Part shown: positions 35,355 through 48,200 of the stretch, piece by piece | Numbering within the stretch: position 1 is the first letter of the stretch | How the letters are laid out: each line of letters starts with the position of its first letter | From: Lingula anatina | Taxonomy: Eukaryota > Animalia > Brachiopoda | Length of the DNA: 64,000 nt | Assembly (NCBI GenBank): GCA_051362555.1 | Contig: CM120640.1 | Span: forward strand, 57,514,788 to 57,578,787 | Direction of reading: 5' to 3' | Position numbers and translations under genes: made by a program | The notes under the pieces: generated by a model | What the model was told of the DNA's origin: nothing | Seen by the model: the letters and a program-made list of their open reading frames with translations, nothing else | Databases searched by the model: none

Positions 35355-37214
35355 TTATTTTCCGGAAAGCATTGCTTTTGCTGGAGGTTTTGGGCGAATA
35401 AATCTACTTAGTCTGCTTCGTGCGTCCATTCCTAACATGGGAGGCAGGCGGCGACCAGAAGATGTTGCAGAGGCACATCGTGATGAGTTTACCTAGAGCG
35501 AATCATATTCATCATATTAGAGAAATATAGTCAGACCTACGCGCAGACTTAGTCGATGCCTTATTCAAATATAAAAACGCGTAGAGGACTGAGGATAGTT
35601 GTATTTTATGCTAAGCACACACAGTTCCCCCCCCCCCCCCCTCTCTCTCTCTCATTATGTTTAGAAATAGTTAACGTTATTTCTACATGTCAGTTGGGAT
35701 GACCCACCTGGAATTCATCCTGAGAAGCGTCATATCCCTCACTAACGGCACAAGCTATCGTCCTCTCACGGATCACTTTGAAAGGTGGTACCGTAGCTGG
35801 GACTGCTGACTGGAAAAATTGTTGTTGTTGCATCGAAAACCGACCTGCTCTGCCATCCACCCTCACATTTTGTTTGTCAGTAAACATGCGGTTAAAATTG
35901 CCCTCTCTATTTGTGAGTTCCATTTTGTAGCGCTGCACCTCTCGTCGGAGCCTTTCTAACTCATCGTGGTATTCCTGCAAGTACAGAATGGCACTTCACG
36001 ATGAAAGTGAAAATAACCTTGCTAAGATACAAAGATTTTTCGATAGATACACTCTATTCAACACAAAGAATTTAAGAAGAAACATGAGGAGGGAGAAAAA
36101 TGAAGAAAGCACGTCTTAAAAGAACAGCACAAAAACATTAATCTTGGTGTTGCTAAAAGGGTGCTGACCTCTCTCATCTTCCAAGTATTGAGCATTTAAC
36201 TTTATTTCGAGATAAACATAAACTAAATCTATACAAATAGCAAATTCAAGAATGATTCTTCCAATTAACCAACCATATAGTCTATGTAAGTGTGTCGATG
36301 TATTGAGACTTTGCGAAACGGTCAAATACCATAAAATGTTTAGCAAGACGATATATATATATAATGATTGAATTTTAGTACGATCAGTCGATAATACATG
36401 CATTACAGGAATTTCTTATGGCAGTGCCAACTTTCCTTACCATATAATTGAGACTTTTTGTACTTCGTTTAGGATCAAAATCCGTATTGTTTGCAGCACC
36501 CTTATTAGCCATCTCACTGAACTTTTTAGCGAGTTCTTTTTTGAGATTTCTGTAATCACTTTCCAATTGTTTATTCCTAATCGTTAGCGCTTCCTTTGAT
36601 TCTGAAGATTCCTCGAGCAACTCCCGAAGTCGTTCAATTTCTTTTAGAAGCTTTGAGTTAGTTTCTTCTAATTCTGCGACAATATCCTCTGTCTCTCGCT
36701 CTTTTTCCTTCATTTTCCTCTCCATATTGCCTACAGTCCTTTTTAAATTTTCTATCTCTCTTTCCTTCAAAATCAGTTCATCCTTTTTAGAATTGAGATC
36801 ATCGGTGACCCCCTGTCTCAAATTTTCTATGTCTTTTTGAGCATTGATGAGCATGTCTCGTAAACTTTGGCACTCTCGTTTCTCTTCAGATAATTGCTTG
36901 TCCTTTTGTTCAATTCTCTTCTGAAGTTCAGTTTCCCGCTGCCGCATTTCAATTTCAAGAAGTGATTTGAATTTTTCGCCTTCAGCGGCTCCTTTTTGTT
37001 CCATTTCTTTTACTTTATTTTCTTCTGCCTCTATCCTGCTCTTGGCATCTTTAATAAGAAGGGATATTTCGTGTTCGTATGCATCTTTGAGAGCTTCTAT
37101 CTCAACTTCCCTCTCGTGATTGCGAGTAAAAAGCATGTGAACCACCTGAGTAAGTTCAGCCACTTTCTTTGACATCCGAAATTCGAAGGTTTTTCTCGCC
37201 TTTGCATCCGCCAT
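35355..37214 (-). CDS. FAM184: FAM184-family coiled-coil protein (~392 aa); exons 37214-36441, 35974-35708, 35492-35355
   Basis: N-terminal EFRMSKKVAELTQVVHMLFTRNHEREVEIEALKDAYEHEI matches the FAM184 N-terminal domain and ELTNREGNFNRMF matches the FAM184A C-terminal motif. Two phase-0 GT-AG introns. The last exon VNSSRCAS...AMLSGK* was found by hand. Confidence 0.85.
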
Positions 37215-37617
37215 TTTCTCGGTTACCTTTTTTGTCACCTTTAAAAATAAGTCCTGCCTTGCTTCTGTCTGCGTTTTATCACCTGGATTGCTTGGCAATT
37301 GTGTTATCGCCACATTTGTGCCTCATCTTTTTCTGAAATGTCAACAAAATATTAGCATCACCATGGACATCATTACAGACACATAATGAAAAATAAGATG
37401 ACATAATACCATTTCAAACACAACTGCATGATACAGGGGGTGTTCTGTAAAGAGACGAAGGGGAAACAAAGAGAAAAATCACCCTTCCTATGTAGTTATC
37501 TACCTACATCGCGACAACAACCGGGTGCATATAGGCTTTTTCAACTTCAATGTGAAAAAACTATAAGTAATATATGTGCACTGAAAACGTGTTATATAAT
37601 ACATCAGCAATGTTTTG

Positions 37618-37632
37618 GTTTCCTATGGTAAC
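37618..37632. promoter_or_regulatory. RFX X-box upstream of the FAM184 ATG
   Basis: GTTTCCTATGGTAAC fits the X-box imperfect palindrome. Confidence 0.45.
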
Positions 37633-40570
37633 ACTGAGAATGAGAAGACAGCGTTGTGAGATTTATTCAAATTATTACAATATTACATAACTACTTAAAT
37701 TTTTTTCTGTAGTAATGTGACAACATTTTCAGCGTTGGATGTTAACCCATAGCGAGCAAACATGGCCTCTGCCATTACCTACAGTATCAGCAAATATATG
37801 AATATAACAAAGTAGTGAAATGAACAACCCTACTTGTTATCTACTGTATCGCCACATTCTTCGTCCACATCTTGAACGATTTAAGACGTGCATCGTCTAA
37901 GTTCACGTCATTTTCCAGACGAAAGTGCGCTACTCTATGAATGCCTCGTTAACTACACACGTACTTTCCTCTCTCCTCCAGTCTTAGACACAAGTACACA
38001 GTTCACTCGCTCTCTCGTATCACTTTCAATGTCACCTGACGACACGATGTTTAACGTCGAAACGTTTAAGTCGCACCTACCCTTTAACCTGTAGCGTACA
38101 AATCCTAACACTGAAACGTTTGATAACAGGTTAGTTTCGGGCTGCGGTGAGGTGGTGTCGAATACTTCACTCCAATACAACCGGGTCTGAGTCGTCGTCT
38201 GGCCCTTAGGCTTCGAAAATTGTAACTTACTTTTCTGGATGATATGTCAACAAGGTTTACAGAACAGAGTAGAGACTGGCGACAAATTAACCTGTTACTG
38301 CAAATACAAGTCTAATGGAGGAAGAGTCAAACAGCTAGGTTCAATATTAGACTCTTACCTGGATACAGTGCCAACCTTTATCAGACTCCATACATTTGTA
38401 TTTTTTGTATAGATTTGTGAACTTAGCTGTATGCAGGTGCTTAAAGAACACAATAGGCGCGTTGCCTTGGTCTCATAGAGGTGTGTTTGCCGAGCCGTTC
38501 ATTTATCACAACATAAATAAGGGGGTGTAGGGGCAATTGCGCTCTTGTGTAAACCTATATGGCATGAATCTTTAGCTTGTTTCGTGCTTTCGGTTTAGTT
38601 TAATTTGTGATATGCCTGGTAGATAGGGATGATATATGTCAATGCGGATACTCGAGGAGATTATAATACTTGCAAATTGATATACCAAGCTGGTTCTATA
38701 ACGATGAAACAGGCTGTATAATGTAGTCATTGTTGAACGGGAAATCAGCATCGATTTTCTGCGCTCTTCTTTGAAACCAGCTCACATACTAATGCTACAG
38801 ATGGAGTTAATTTCTCATCTGGGTAAAGAAACATGGGGTTTTCAACATCTATGACCCTTTTTAAGTTCAAAGGTTTTTTAATCTAAAAGAAGCGAGACGA
38901 CAAGAGGCGCATATCTGCGAAACTGCCTATAGCGCCTTTTGAGCCTCCCGTTCACCATTAAGAGTAAGCAGCCGAGTAAGGTAGCGTTACGCTTTGTTGT
39001 TGTTACCTAATCATGCAACAATTCATATTCAACTGAAATAAATGCGTTCTTATCCAATATCAGTGCAGGGTTAAATCCTGTATTTTCCCTGTGCCCGCCA
39101 ACACAAGTAAGCATTTATGAATAACTTCAGTGCAAATACGTAATACACCTTATAATTCCGTTTCAAAATAAGAACAGAACCATGTATTCATATTAATAAG
39201 AAAGTTTAAGTTTGTTTGTACAGGGATAAGGACTATGGGGTTGCTTACAGGTACAGAGATTTGATTGCCATAAGCTATTTTGTGCAAAGAAAGTAACCTC
39301 TGACGAGACAGCGACCGATATCAACGACAAATCTTAGGTCGTTTTTTGTTTTGAAAGCTTAAAAAAAAAACTAAACTTTAAAAGGTGGCTGATGTGTTTT
39401 GAAAATACAGGGTTATCTATAAATGTTACCGTGACAATTTTATGTTGCTACTTGAAAATAATCACACGACCATAAAGAGTAAGATGGTATATGACAAAAT
39501 GATTTTTAATACTTGAATTGGCCATGGTACTTTCTTTGATATGGTATATACTTCAGTGTAAATCATCCGTCCCTTACTCAGATGATTGATCCTACTAACG
39601 GATTTAAACTCCAATTTATGTTTATAAAGACAGGATAAAACAAAAGAATAAATTGATTGTCAACGAAAATTTCAACTAAGGTGAAGGCCTACCCTTTGAT
39701 AAATATGAAAAAATCAAGTGTTTCCCATATTAAAATGTATTTAAAAAAAAATCAAGTTAAAAAAAAAAAAAAACATCAAGCAAAGTGAAAGGGAATAAAA
39801 ATATACCGTAATTACAAACAGCGACATTGTGGACTCAATGACAATGGAAAGTAGGGAACATTCTCTGCCCAAAGGATGCCTTCTTATGCCAAGTGACAAA
39901 TGAAAATGGGTAAGCTCAGAGTAAAATATTAACTCTAAACACATATCCAAAGATTATTTGGAATCAAAATTTTGATTGAATTATGATTAATAATATGAAT
40001 ATTTCAAATGACGCTGGGTTTTTTTTCACAATTGAATTTGGTCTGTTCAAATAGCAACATTTAGATTTCAGTCAATATGCAAAGAGTATCAAGTCCATCA
40101 GCACAAACAGTGAAAGAAAATGTTTATATTGAAAAAATAGTTGTATATATATTTCTTGTGTCCATCAATAAATAATTCATTCATACATGCTTGACAGGCA
40201 AAAAAAGTTACAGGTTATGCAATACACAGCCTAAAGTTGAGCCTGTCACAAAATATTTGAATCACATAGACATAAATGCCCGTTAAAATTAATGCACTCT
40301 ATTGCTTTGATAGCTTTTAGTTTATCTGGATACTGTTACAGTACAAGTTGCATACAAAAAAGTTTCAAAAAGCATTCAGTGAATAAATCTTTAACCGCCT
40401 CTCATTGTAGATAACAAAATACAATATGCAGAAACCAACTTAGAAATATTTTTATGACAAACTAAAATAGGATTGCCATCATCTGATATCATCTCTGTCC
40501 ATGTTCCATATTTATGATGCCATAAAATTATTTTTGGTAATCCTGGTCACTTCAGTCTGACAAAGAATTT

Positions 40571-42642
40571 TCACATCTTTGGATAGTTTTCTAGTTCATA
40601 TGGCTGTGGCTGGTCCATGTATTCGTCAATAGGCTTACTAAAAGCTGCATTTTTCCTAAATGGTGTGTCTTTTGTTTTGATTTGTGATACTCCCTGGAAG
40701 TGAAAAAATGGGATATGCAATTGTCTTTCATATCATTTTTCGATATGACAGAATGTTGGTTTTTTAAATACAATAGCTACAAGCTTTTTTAAAAAAATTA
40801 TGAAAATAACGTTATAGCAAAAATAACAATGAATGATAAATGATGCAAAAATCCAAATAGCACACAGGTATCAAATCAGCAAAACTTCACAATTACGTAA
40901 TTTGATTCATGTTGTTTGAAACTGTAGACAAAATATGAGATCAAGTTGTTGCACACCTAACACAATCCAAAACAATATTTTCCTTAAAATACTGTCCTTC
41001 TACTGCAGTGACTACTTACATGAAGTTTGTCTACATGTTCTGTCCAGAATGTCACTGGCTGTTCTCTGGTCAAGTCATGTGGCTGGAATAATGGGATCAC
41101 AATTAATATAAAAGACACACCATTTTACAATAATCATCTTTAAATATCTGAAATCTCACTGGTGATTTAGATTTGTGGCTGGTTCCTAAATAACATGCTA
41201 TATAACTTTTTTTTACAATGACTCTTAAAGCAAAGTGGGCAAAAAATTGGAATTGGTGCCACCTATGCCTTTAAGTTACAAAATTACATAGTGTTAATTT
41301 TCTCACAATTTAATGTTTTCAATTCTAAATTATGTGGCGATTCAGAAAGTCAAGGATTTAATATGCATAAATGCACTGAGCTATACAGCAAATCTAAAAA
41401 ACACTGCCACATCTTTTATCATGAATATACATGTGCCTACCTGTGTAGGTGCTGGTTTTATAGATTCAAATTCCTTAGAAAAATCCTTTGTTGTCACTGA
41501 CAGATAATCAGGCTGCGGAGGAGGTGGGTTGAAATCTTCATGGACCTCTTTGCTGGAGTTTCAAAGGACAGTAAATTAATGCTTTAAGAAACACCTCTGT
41601 GACATAAATGTCACTTTTGTTTTATGGATAAATGGTGTTTTAATAAGTTATTAAAGAACTGTGTGTGTTAAATATACTAAAATTACATGCCATACAGCGA
41701 AGTAAAGAAAACCATAAGACATTATATAACCTATGAATTAATGGTTGCTAAATGTGTATTCATTTTGCTTAAATGTTTTGATGTTTACTAATTATATCCA
41801 AGTAACCTACCTCACTTGTTCAAAAAACATTTGTTCTAATAGTTCATGTTTCTTTCCTGCAAATGCAAAATGATAATAAGTGGATTGATGATAGAAAACA
41901 CTATATAAACAGCTTTTTTAAAGGCAGATGTAAGTTTAAGTTTTCAATATAATATTAAACAAATAACTAGTCAAGAAAATTATGTGATCAATCAGAATGT
42001 CTTGCTCATATCAAGCGGAAAGTGACTACACCACTCACCAACTTGTCTGACTCCTGGTTTGGTTGGTGGCCTGTATGACTCTCGTACAGTGGTAAGGTTT
42101 TCTGCTTTGGCATCAAACTCTGTAGAAAGCACCCCATTATGACCATGTTTGAATACTTGTGCTAAACTTGTGACATCTGCACCGCCACCAGCAGGGTCTA
42201 AATGGGCTACATTTCTCTAAAAATGTTAAGATCTGTTATATGTATTGTCATTAGGTATATAATGCAAGTCAAATATCCATATTCAACATTATATGCATAG
42301 TAACAAAAATCACTTTAGTTTTATATCTGTTAGTGTTATCTAGAGAGCTTCTTAAACCAACATAACTGTCCTCCCTGGTTACTGTCACTCACATCATTCT
42401 CGAAAAATAAAAGAAAATAAATCTCAGAGGAATGAACAATATCTAAACTGACAAGCTCAATGTGTTCAATCAGTGGTGACTGTGACACTCCGGCTCAACT
42501 TTCTTGCCTCATGACAGTAATGTCATTGTAAATAAAAACATTTAACTACAAAACTCACCTCTTCGACCCAATTTTCTAGTAAACAGCGACCCCCCGAGTT
42601 ATTAAATCTTATCTCATTTCTTCCTTGATTTAAGGTCGACAT
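40571..42642 (-). CDS. SPAG8: Sperm-associated antigen 8 homolog (201 aa); exons 42642-42559, 42216-42039, 41856-41811, 41552-41441, 41082-41020, 40693-40571
   Basis: Six GT-AG exons with matching phases (0,1,2,0,0) give MSTLNQGRNEIRFNNSGGRCLLENWVEER...FKHGHNGVLS...TTVRESYRPP...GKKHELLEQM...SVTTKDF...PHDLTREQPVTFWTEH...GVSQIKTKDTPFRKNAAFSKPI...PYELENYPKM*. These are the conserved SPAG8 motifs. Confidence 0.92.
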
Positions 42643-42883
42643 ATCTGATATAATTTTAAGAATGATATTAACTTCTTTCCATTTAATGTGAAAATAATAC
42701 CCTGTATGCTAAATAAAGCCTACTAATATTTATAACAATATGGCGGCACTGTTGCTACAGAAACTGCGCAAGTATTGATGCGCATAAAGTTTCTATTACC
42801 TTCCCGATATCCTTTGCGCGGCTTTCAACTTCGAAGACAATAATGGCAACAGTTCTTACTTTTTCATAAGGAATTGGAAACTG
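42643..42883. promoter_or_regulatory. Bidirectional promoter shared by SPAG8 and KLHL
   Basis: Only 241 bp separate the divergent ATGs. Contains X-box-like GTTGCTACAGAAAC (42751), ATGGCAAC (~42843), YY1-like AATATGGCGG (~42737) and TGCGCA motifs. Confidence 0.65.
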
Positions 42884-45240
42884 ATGGAGAGGGGCGAAGG
42901 TGAGAAAAGTCGCTTACAGCTTCATCCAGATAGAAGAAAATCTAAAATTCCCAAACCGTCCGCAAAGCATTCTCGTCTATTTCACAAAGGTTCGACTTAT
43001 AGCCGAACATATTTGAACAGAAAAGAAAGCCTTAGTTCAAATGATGAGATGCAGTGTAAAGTATTGGAAAACCACGCAACTCACATCCTTCATAGTCTTG
43101 AATGCTTGTGGAAACAGGAATCTATGTGCGATGTGTCTTTATTAGCAGACACCTCAGAGAGAATTTTAGTCCACAGACTTGTCTTAGTTTCAAGTTGTGA
43201 TTATTTTCACGATTTATTTTCCCGCGAAACTATGTGTGTCGACGAACAAGTGCAAGTAAGGCTTTCTGGTATAAGCGTCAGTACACTGAAAGATTTAGTA
43301 ACCTGCATGTACACGGGTCGAATATCTATCAATGACAGTAACGTCCTAGATCTGCTGACAGCTTCTGACTATTTGAAATTTTATGCAGTTCAAGAAGCCT
43401 GCGGTGTATATTTGTCCGATCGACTTAATAGTGAAAACTGCCTTCGTATGTTGAAAATGGCTTATACGTATAATTTAAGAGATTTAATTGACAAAGCTTT
43501 AAAAATAGCTGCTGAAAATTTTACTGACATTGCAATTACTCAAGATTTTCGCCAGCTTGAAGTATCGCACGTGAAGGCTCTTTTAGCGCAAGATGGACTG
43601 AAGGTGGATTGCGAACTCGATGCCTTCAATCGAGCTTTAGAGTGGATTGAAGTCGATTTAAACGAAAGAAAACAACACGCTTTGGAACTTTTGCGTCAAA
43701 TTCGCCTTCCCCTCATAGATGTTTCTGATATAGTGGACCACGTGGAAACTGTAGGGTATCTAATGGAGATCCCTGGGTGTCAAGAACTCGTGAAGGAAGC
43801 CCTGCATTACCATTGCTTGCCTGCCCGTCAGAGTATACTACAGGTACCTCATTTCATCTTTCAGATTTATTTCTTTTGTAAATTATGAACCAAGACAATT
43901 CACTTTTTCCTATTTATACTATTCCTGCTTTTCCTATTTATATTATTCGTGTCTCTGTCGGTTTTGTTTTCTGCATTACTTTGAAATCTCCGTATCTCAA
44001 AAGATAAATGAGTAAATGTTTTAAAACTTCTTAACTGTATGAAATGGATTTTGACAACGATTCGGATTCTGAATTTTTGCTCAATACGACATTTGCCATT
44101 CATTCATTCAAAACATTGTGTCTAGTCCCGTTTTGGATATCATTTTCACATATTCAAGATATGCAATGATGATAAATTACATAGCACGCATTATTTTGAC
44201 TCACAAGAAAAATTGTTCTGTTGTTGTCCCGTCTTTATTTATTTCACATTTTCTTTTGCTTCGTCCAAATCTCTTTGTGTATCAACTTTTCTCCAACTAT
44301 ATAATGTGAGCCAAATTTAAAAGAACGCTGGAACAGATATACACGAAAAAAGCATCAAACGGAAATAAATTTGCTTTTAGTCGTGACTATATGTATTTTG
44401 CTTTTTAAAAGTCGTCCAGGACAAAGCCTCGCTCAAATTTCATTTTGGAAAGCGTGTTAGCTGTGGGCGGTGCACCTCGCTTGAAAACAGACCCAGTGAG
44501 TTCCCAGGTACTGTTTTACAATTCACAGACTGATGAATGGAGAACCTTAACCAATCTTAAGGAGCCAAGACACCACCATGCAGGTAAGATACGTTCTTTA
44601 GAAAGAAAACATGATTTAGCGCATACCAAAAGTATAATTGATTTCAACTTTCGAGTCACAACAAGTTTTCGATGGCATACAGTTCGTTCCTGACCAAAGA
44701 TAACTTCCCTGGAGATCAGCAGAGATGACTTGCACTTATGAAACGGAATTAATGTGGGAATGCATGGCTTCCCTCCTTGAAATATGAAAAATCGTTTTTT
44801 TTCTGGCAAAGCCACAGAAACCCTTTCCTATTGTCATATAAGTAGATTTGGATGATTGACTGTTTTAAGCGGTGGAACTCGGGGATAATCTTATGGTTAG
44901 TTTTAATTGCTAAAGGTTTATTCACTTCTCACGCTTAGCCTACATTATATTGGCATGCGATCGTCAATCAACCACCTACGTTACGCCTTTGATAGATCAG
45001 AAATGCCGGAGCATGATTAAAAGACGACTGTTAAATTGCGTGTATTTATGTACTTTTCTTCGGTAACAACATGTTACAAACAAGTAATAGTAGTACATTG
45101 GGTACACTGTTGTTTTAAAAACACACCCTGTCCCATCTCCTTACTCGTCATCAGTTTTTTTCTCAAAAAAACTTTGAATTGTTAATTATCCGTTTGACTT
45201 CAATGCGAATCTCTTTGTGTTTTATTGTTTGTACTTGTAA

Positions 45241-45296
<56 letters not shown>

Positions 45297-48200
45297 CCGT
45301 TAAATAATGATTTTAAATGTATTTATTTAAACTCCCTTACTTGAAGTCAGAAAGTTTTCATTTATGATACATGTAGATCCTGAAATTTTGATTTACCTGT
45401 TGACTGTTTCGTCTGTTCACTCTGACAGAATTGGTCACAACTGAGTGACTTGGTCACTGATCACCATATCTTGAATATTTAAGCATCTGTCTGGTGACTT
45501 ATTTTGTCTATGTATTTACAGCTTTCGCTCTGTCTCGCGACATGAAGTGTTGCTCTTTTAAAGCGCTTTTAATGAGATGTACGTCTCGATGCACGAACAA
45601 AAAAACAATAACAATATAGAAAATACGGTGTTTTTGGACCTAAAATGTTTCTCAACTTAAAGGCATACTGCCAGCGTTGTCCCAGTGTCATATTTTCCAC
45701 GTCTACGTGGCTGACCAATCATTCAGAACTTTATTGTTTATTTTGAAATGATATTAAGGACCATTCGCAAATAATTTCTTCGGCCTAATTAATGCCCACT
45801 TACTCCACTGAGACCCTGTTTGAAAGCAATCAGATTAACAGACTAACATGCCTGCTCTTTTTTCCAACGTACTCGTATAATCACCACCCTATACCAAGGT
45901 CGCATATTTCATTATGTGAACTTTTCTCTGACGTGACCCTGTGACTTTTCACCACATGGAAGAAATTAAATCTGCACGCGTGCTGATGACACTGTATACG
46001 CTCTGCATGAGCTGGGCTTCACGCCGATGTGGTTAAGGCTGCGTTCACATGAAAAATCTATTTTCTAAAAATCTAAAAATCTAAAAATCTATTTGCGGTA
46101 TCTTGTGATCATGGTCTGTGCCCTGAATACCCCACGGCGTAATTACTGGCAGCGCCGAGAATTAATTACAGCTTTGGAAGTAACTGGCTCGCACTGCCCG
46201 TAATATTACGCCGTGGGGTATTCAGGGCACAGACCGTGTGCGGTACCTTAAATAGTTACAGGTCGAGCATTGCTTCGTGAGTAAGAGAAAATCGCGTAAA
46301 ATTCGATTTGTTGGAAAATCACAAATGGGTTATTTTAAAAGTCACCTGTAGACTAATGATTGAAAAAGAAAGAAAATCGTTTACTTTTTAAACGATGTCT
46401 TTAAGATACAATGTTACATTAGATGCGCTGTTTTACTCATGTTCATTCATTTAAATTGACATGATATCTGACGCTTCTGCCCTCTAATTATTAACGCACA
46501 TAAACCAAAAGCTGCAGATTACATATTTGGACATATGTAGCTTTGAAATAAGGCGTAGTATTTATTTTTGTCTTATGTATAGTGCCTACAACATTGATAT
46601 ATTGACTTCTTTGTCCGACAGTGTTTTTCCGTTTGATACTGTGAAAGATAATGTTTGTGGGGAGAAATTTGCAATTCATTTGGACAATCCTGTGCCTTGT
46701 AATATGCCTCGAATTTAAACCTTAGCAGTCTTTCGTGCCAAAAAGAACAAACGTTATGCAGAAGTGGGCGGGGGTTAAGATCAAAGCGGTAAACTACACT
46801 GTCACTGTGGACTATAAAGCCACTGTTTGATGAGGGATGAGCACAACTGTTATCTGGACAGATAAGCTGTAACAGTAATAACTGATGTGGTAAGCTTTTA
46901 CGAAAATTCAGGGTCAGTTGGTGCATAAACTGGGAAATTGTTTGGCGTAAAGGCATCTTGTGCAATCCCGTTTGTATGTCTTGATATGTTTCACGAAAGT
47001 CTTTATTCAGCTTTCTCTATCTATTCGCGTATTTGTTTATTCGTTGTTCTCGTTTGTTAATATTTAATTTGAATGTCTGTGTTTTGCCTGTCATTCATTC
47101 ATCCAATCATCTATTCTTGTATCTACTCATTTACTTCTTTACTCACCCCCTGCACCTCTGGCCGTCTATCTATCTGCAAAAGGCCACGAGTGACGCGGGA
47201 AAACCAAAACGATATTAGGGATTTTATTCCAAGGTTTTGCTTTGTGGTCTTTCAATATCACAGGAAAATTTATGGATGTATCACCGTAAGTTTCATTTCC
47301 ATTCTACACCTACGACATTTTTCTTTCTATTTCTTTTCATTTTCTATTTCCTGGCTCTACTTCTAATACCTATTCCTCTAGTATGTTGCATAAACTTTCG
47401 TGCTGAAATTTAGAAGTATTTGAATACTGTGTTTGTACTAAGTAATATGTGTATATTGGTATATGCTTTCATATGTGTCCTGTACGAGAACGTGGTGTTA
47501 TTTCTTAAAGGACGCACTTGATATTATTCTAAGAAGGTTTGTGCTCTTGTTGTCAAAAAATAGAAATATCCCATCTCTGTCTAATCGTACGTGTGTCTCA
47601 GCTTTGGAGTTTTAGTCCCACGCAAAAAATACGGAAGTGAGACGTTTTACCAAAATTAGAAAAAAAGAGAAATATTTATTTGGAAAAAGTGATAAATTAT
47701 TGGAAGAAAACCTCAATTGGTCATGCTGAAACCTGAACTCCAGTAGGTTTTCTTACACAACTGATTGTACACCTTTTTTCACCGAGCCCCAAACTTACAA
47801 TGCATATTGCTGCATAATACAGAGAAAATATGACCAAGGAGTCTTTCAAACCATTAAAATGTGTCTCCTAGAAACACACAAAAATATTGCATAAAATATA
47901 GCGTTATTTAAAGACCTTTCATTGAGGTTTTATTGGACGTTCAAGCATGACGTCTGCCTGCCTCTGGCATCTAGCAGGGCGTCTGTTAGACACATGTAAA
48001 AAAGACACTGATTTGTTTCATAAACGTCTCCGTTATGAAGACATGGACGTCTTTGATTAACACCTCATCAATGTCTCTGAATGTTACAGATGTAGTAATC
48101 CATCGTATGGCCACAGTCTTCGTAACAATAAACCAGGCTTTTTCTGATAAATACGTACATTATTCGTTTGTTTGTTTTTGAGCCGTTAATTTATACATAT

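Noticed and set aside
36384-37313. Supplied 309-aa ORF as the complete FAM184 CDS
   Set aside because: It starts at GTG and reads past a strong donor at 36440. ATG 37214 with two further exons fits better.
38036-38075. Hammerhead-like CTGACGA...GAAAC
   Set aside because: The stem II closing pair would be C-C, and there is no convincing stem I/III or cleavage triplet.
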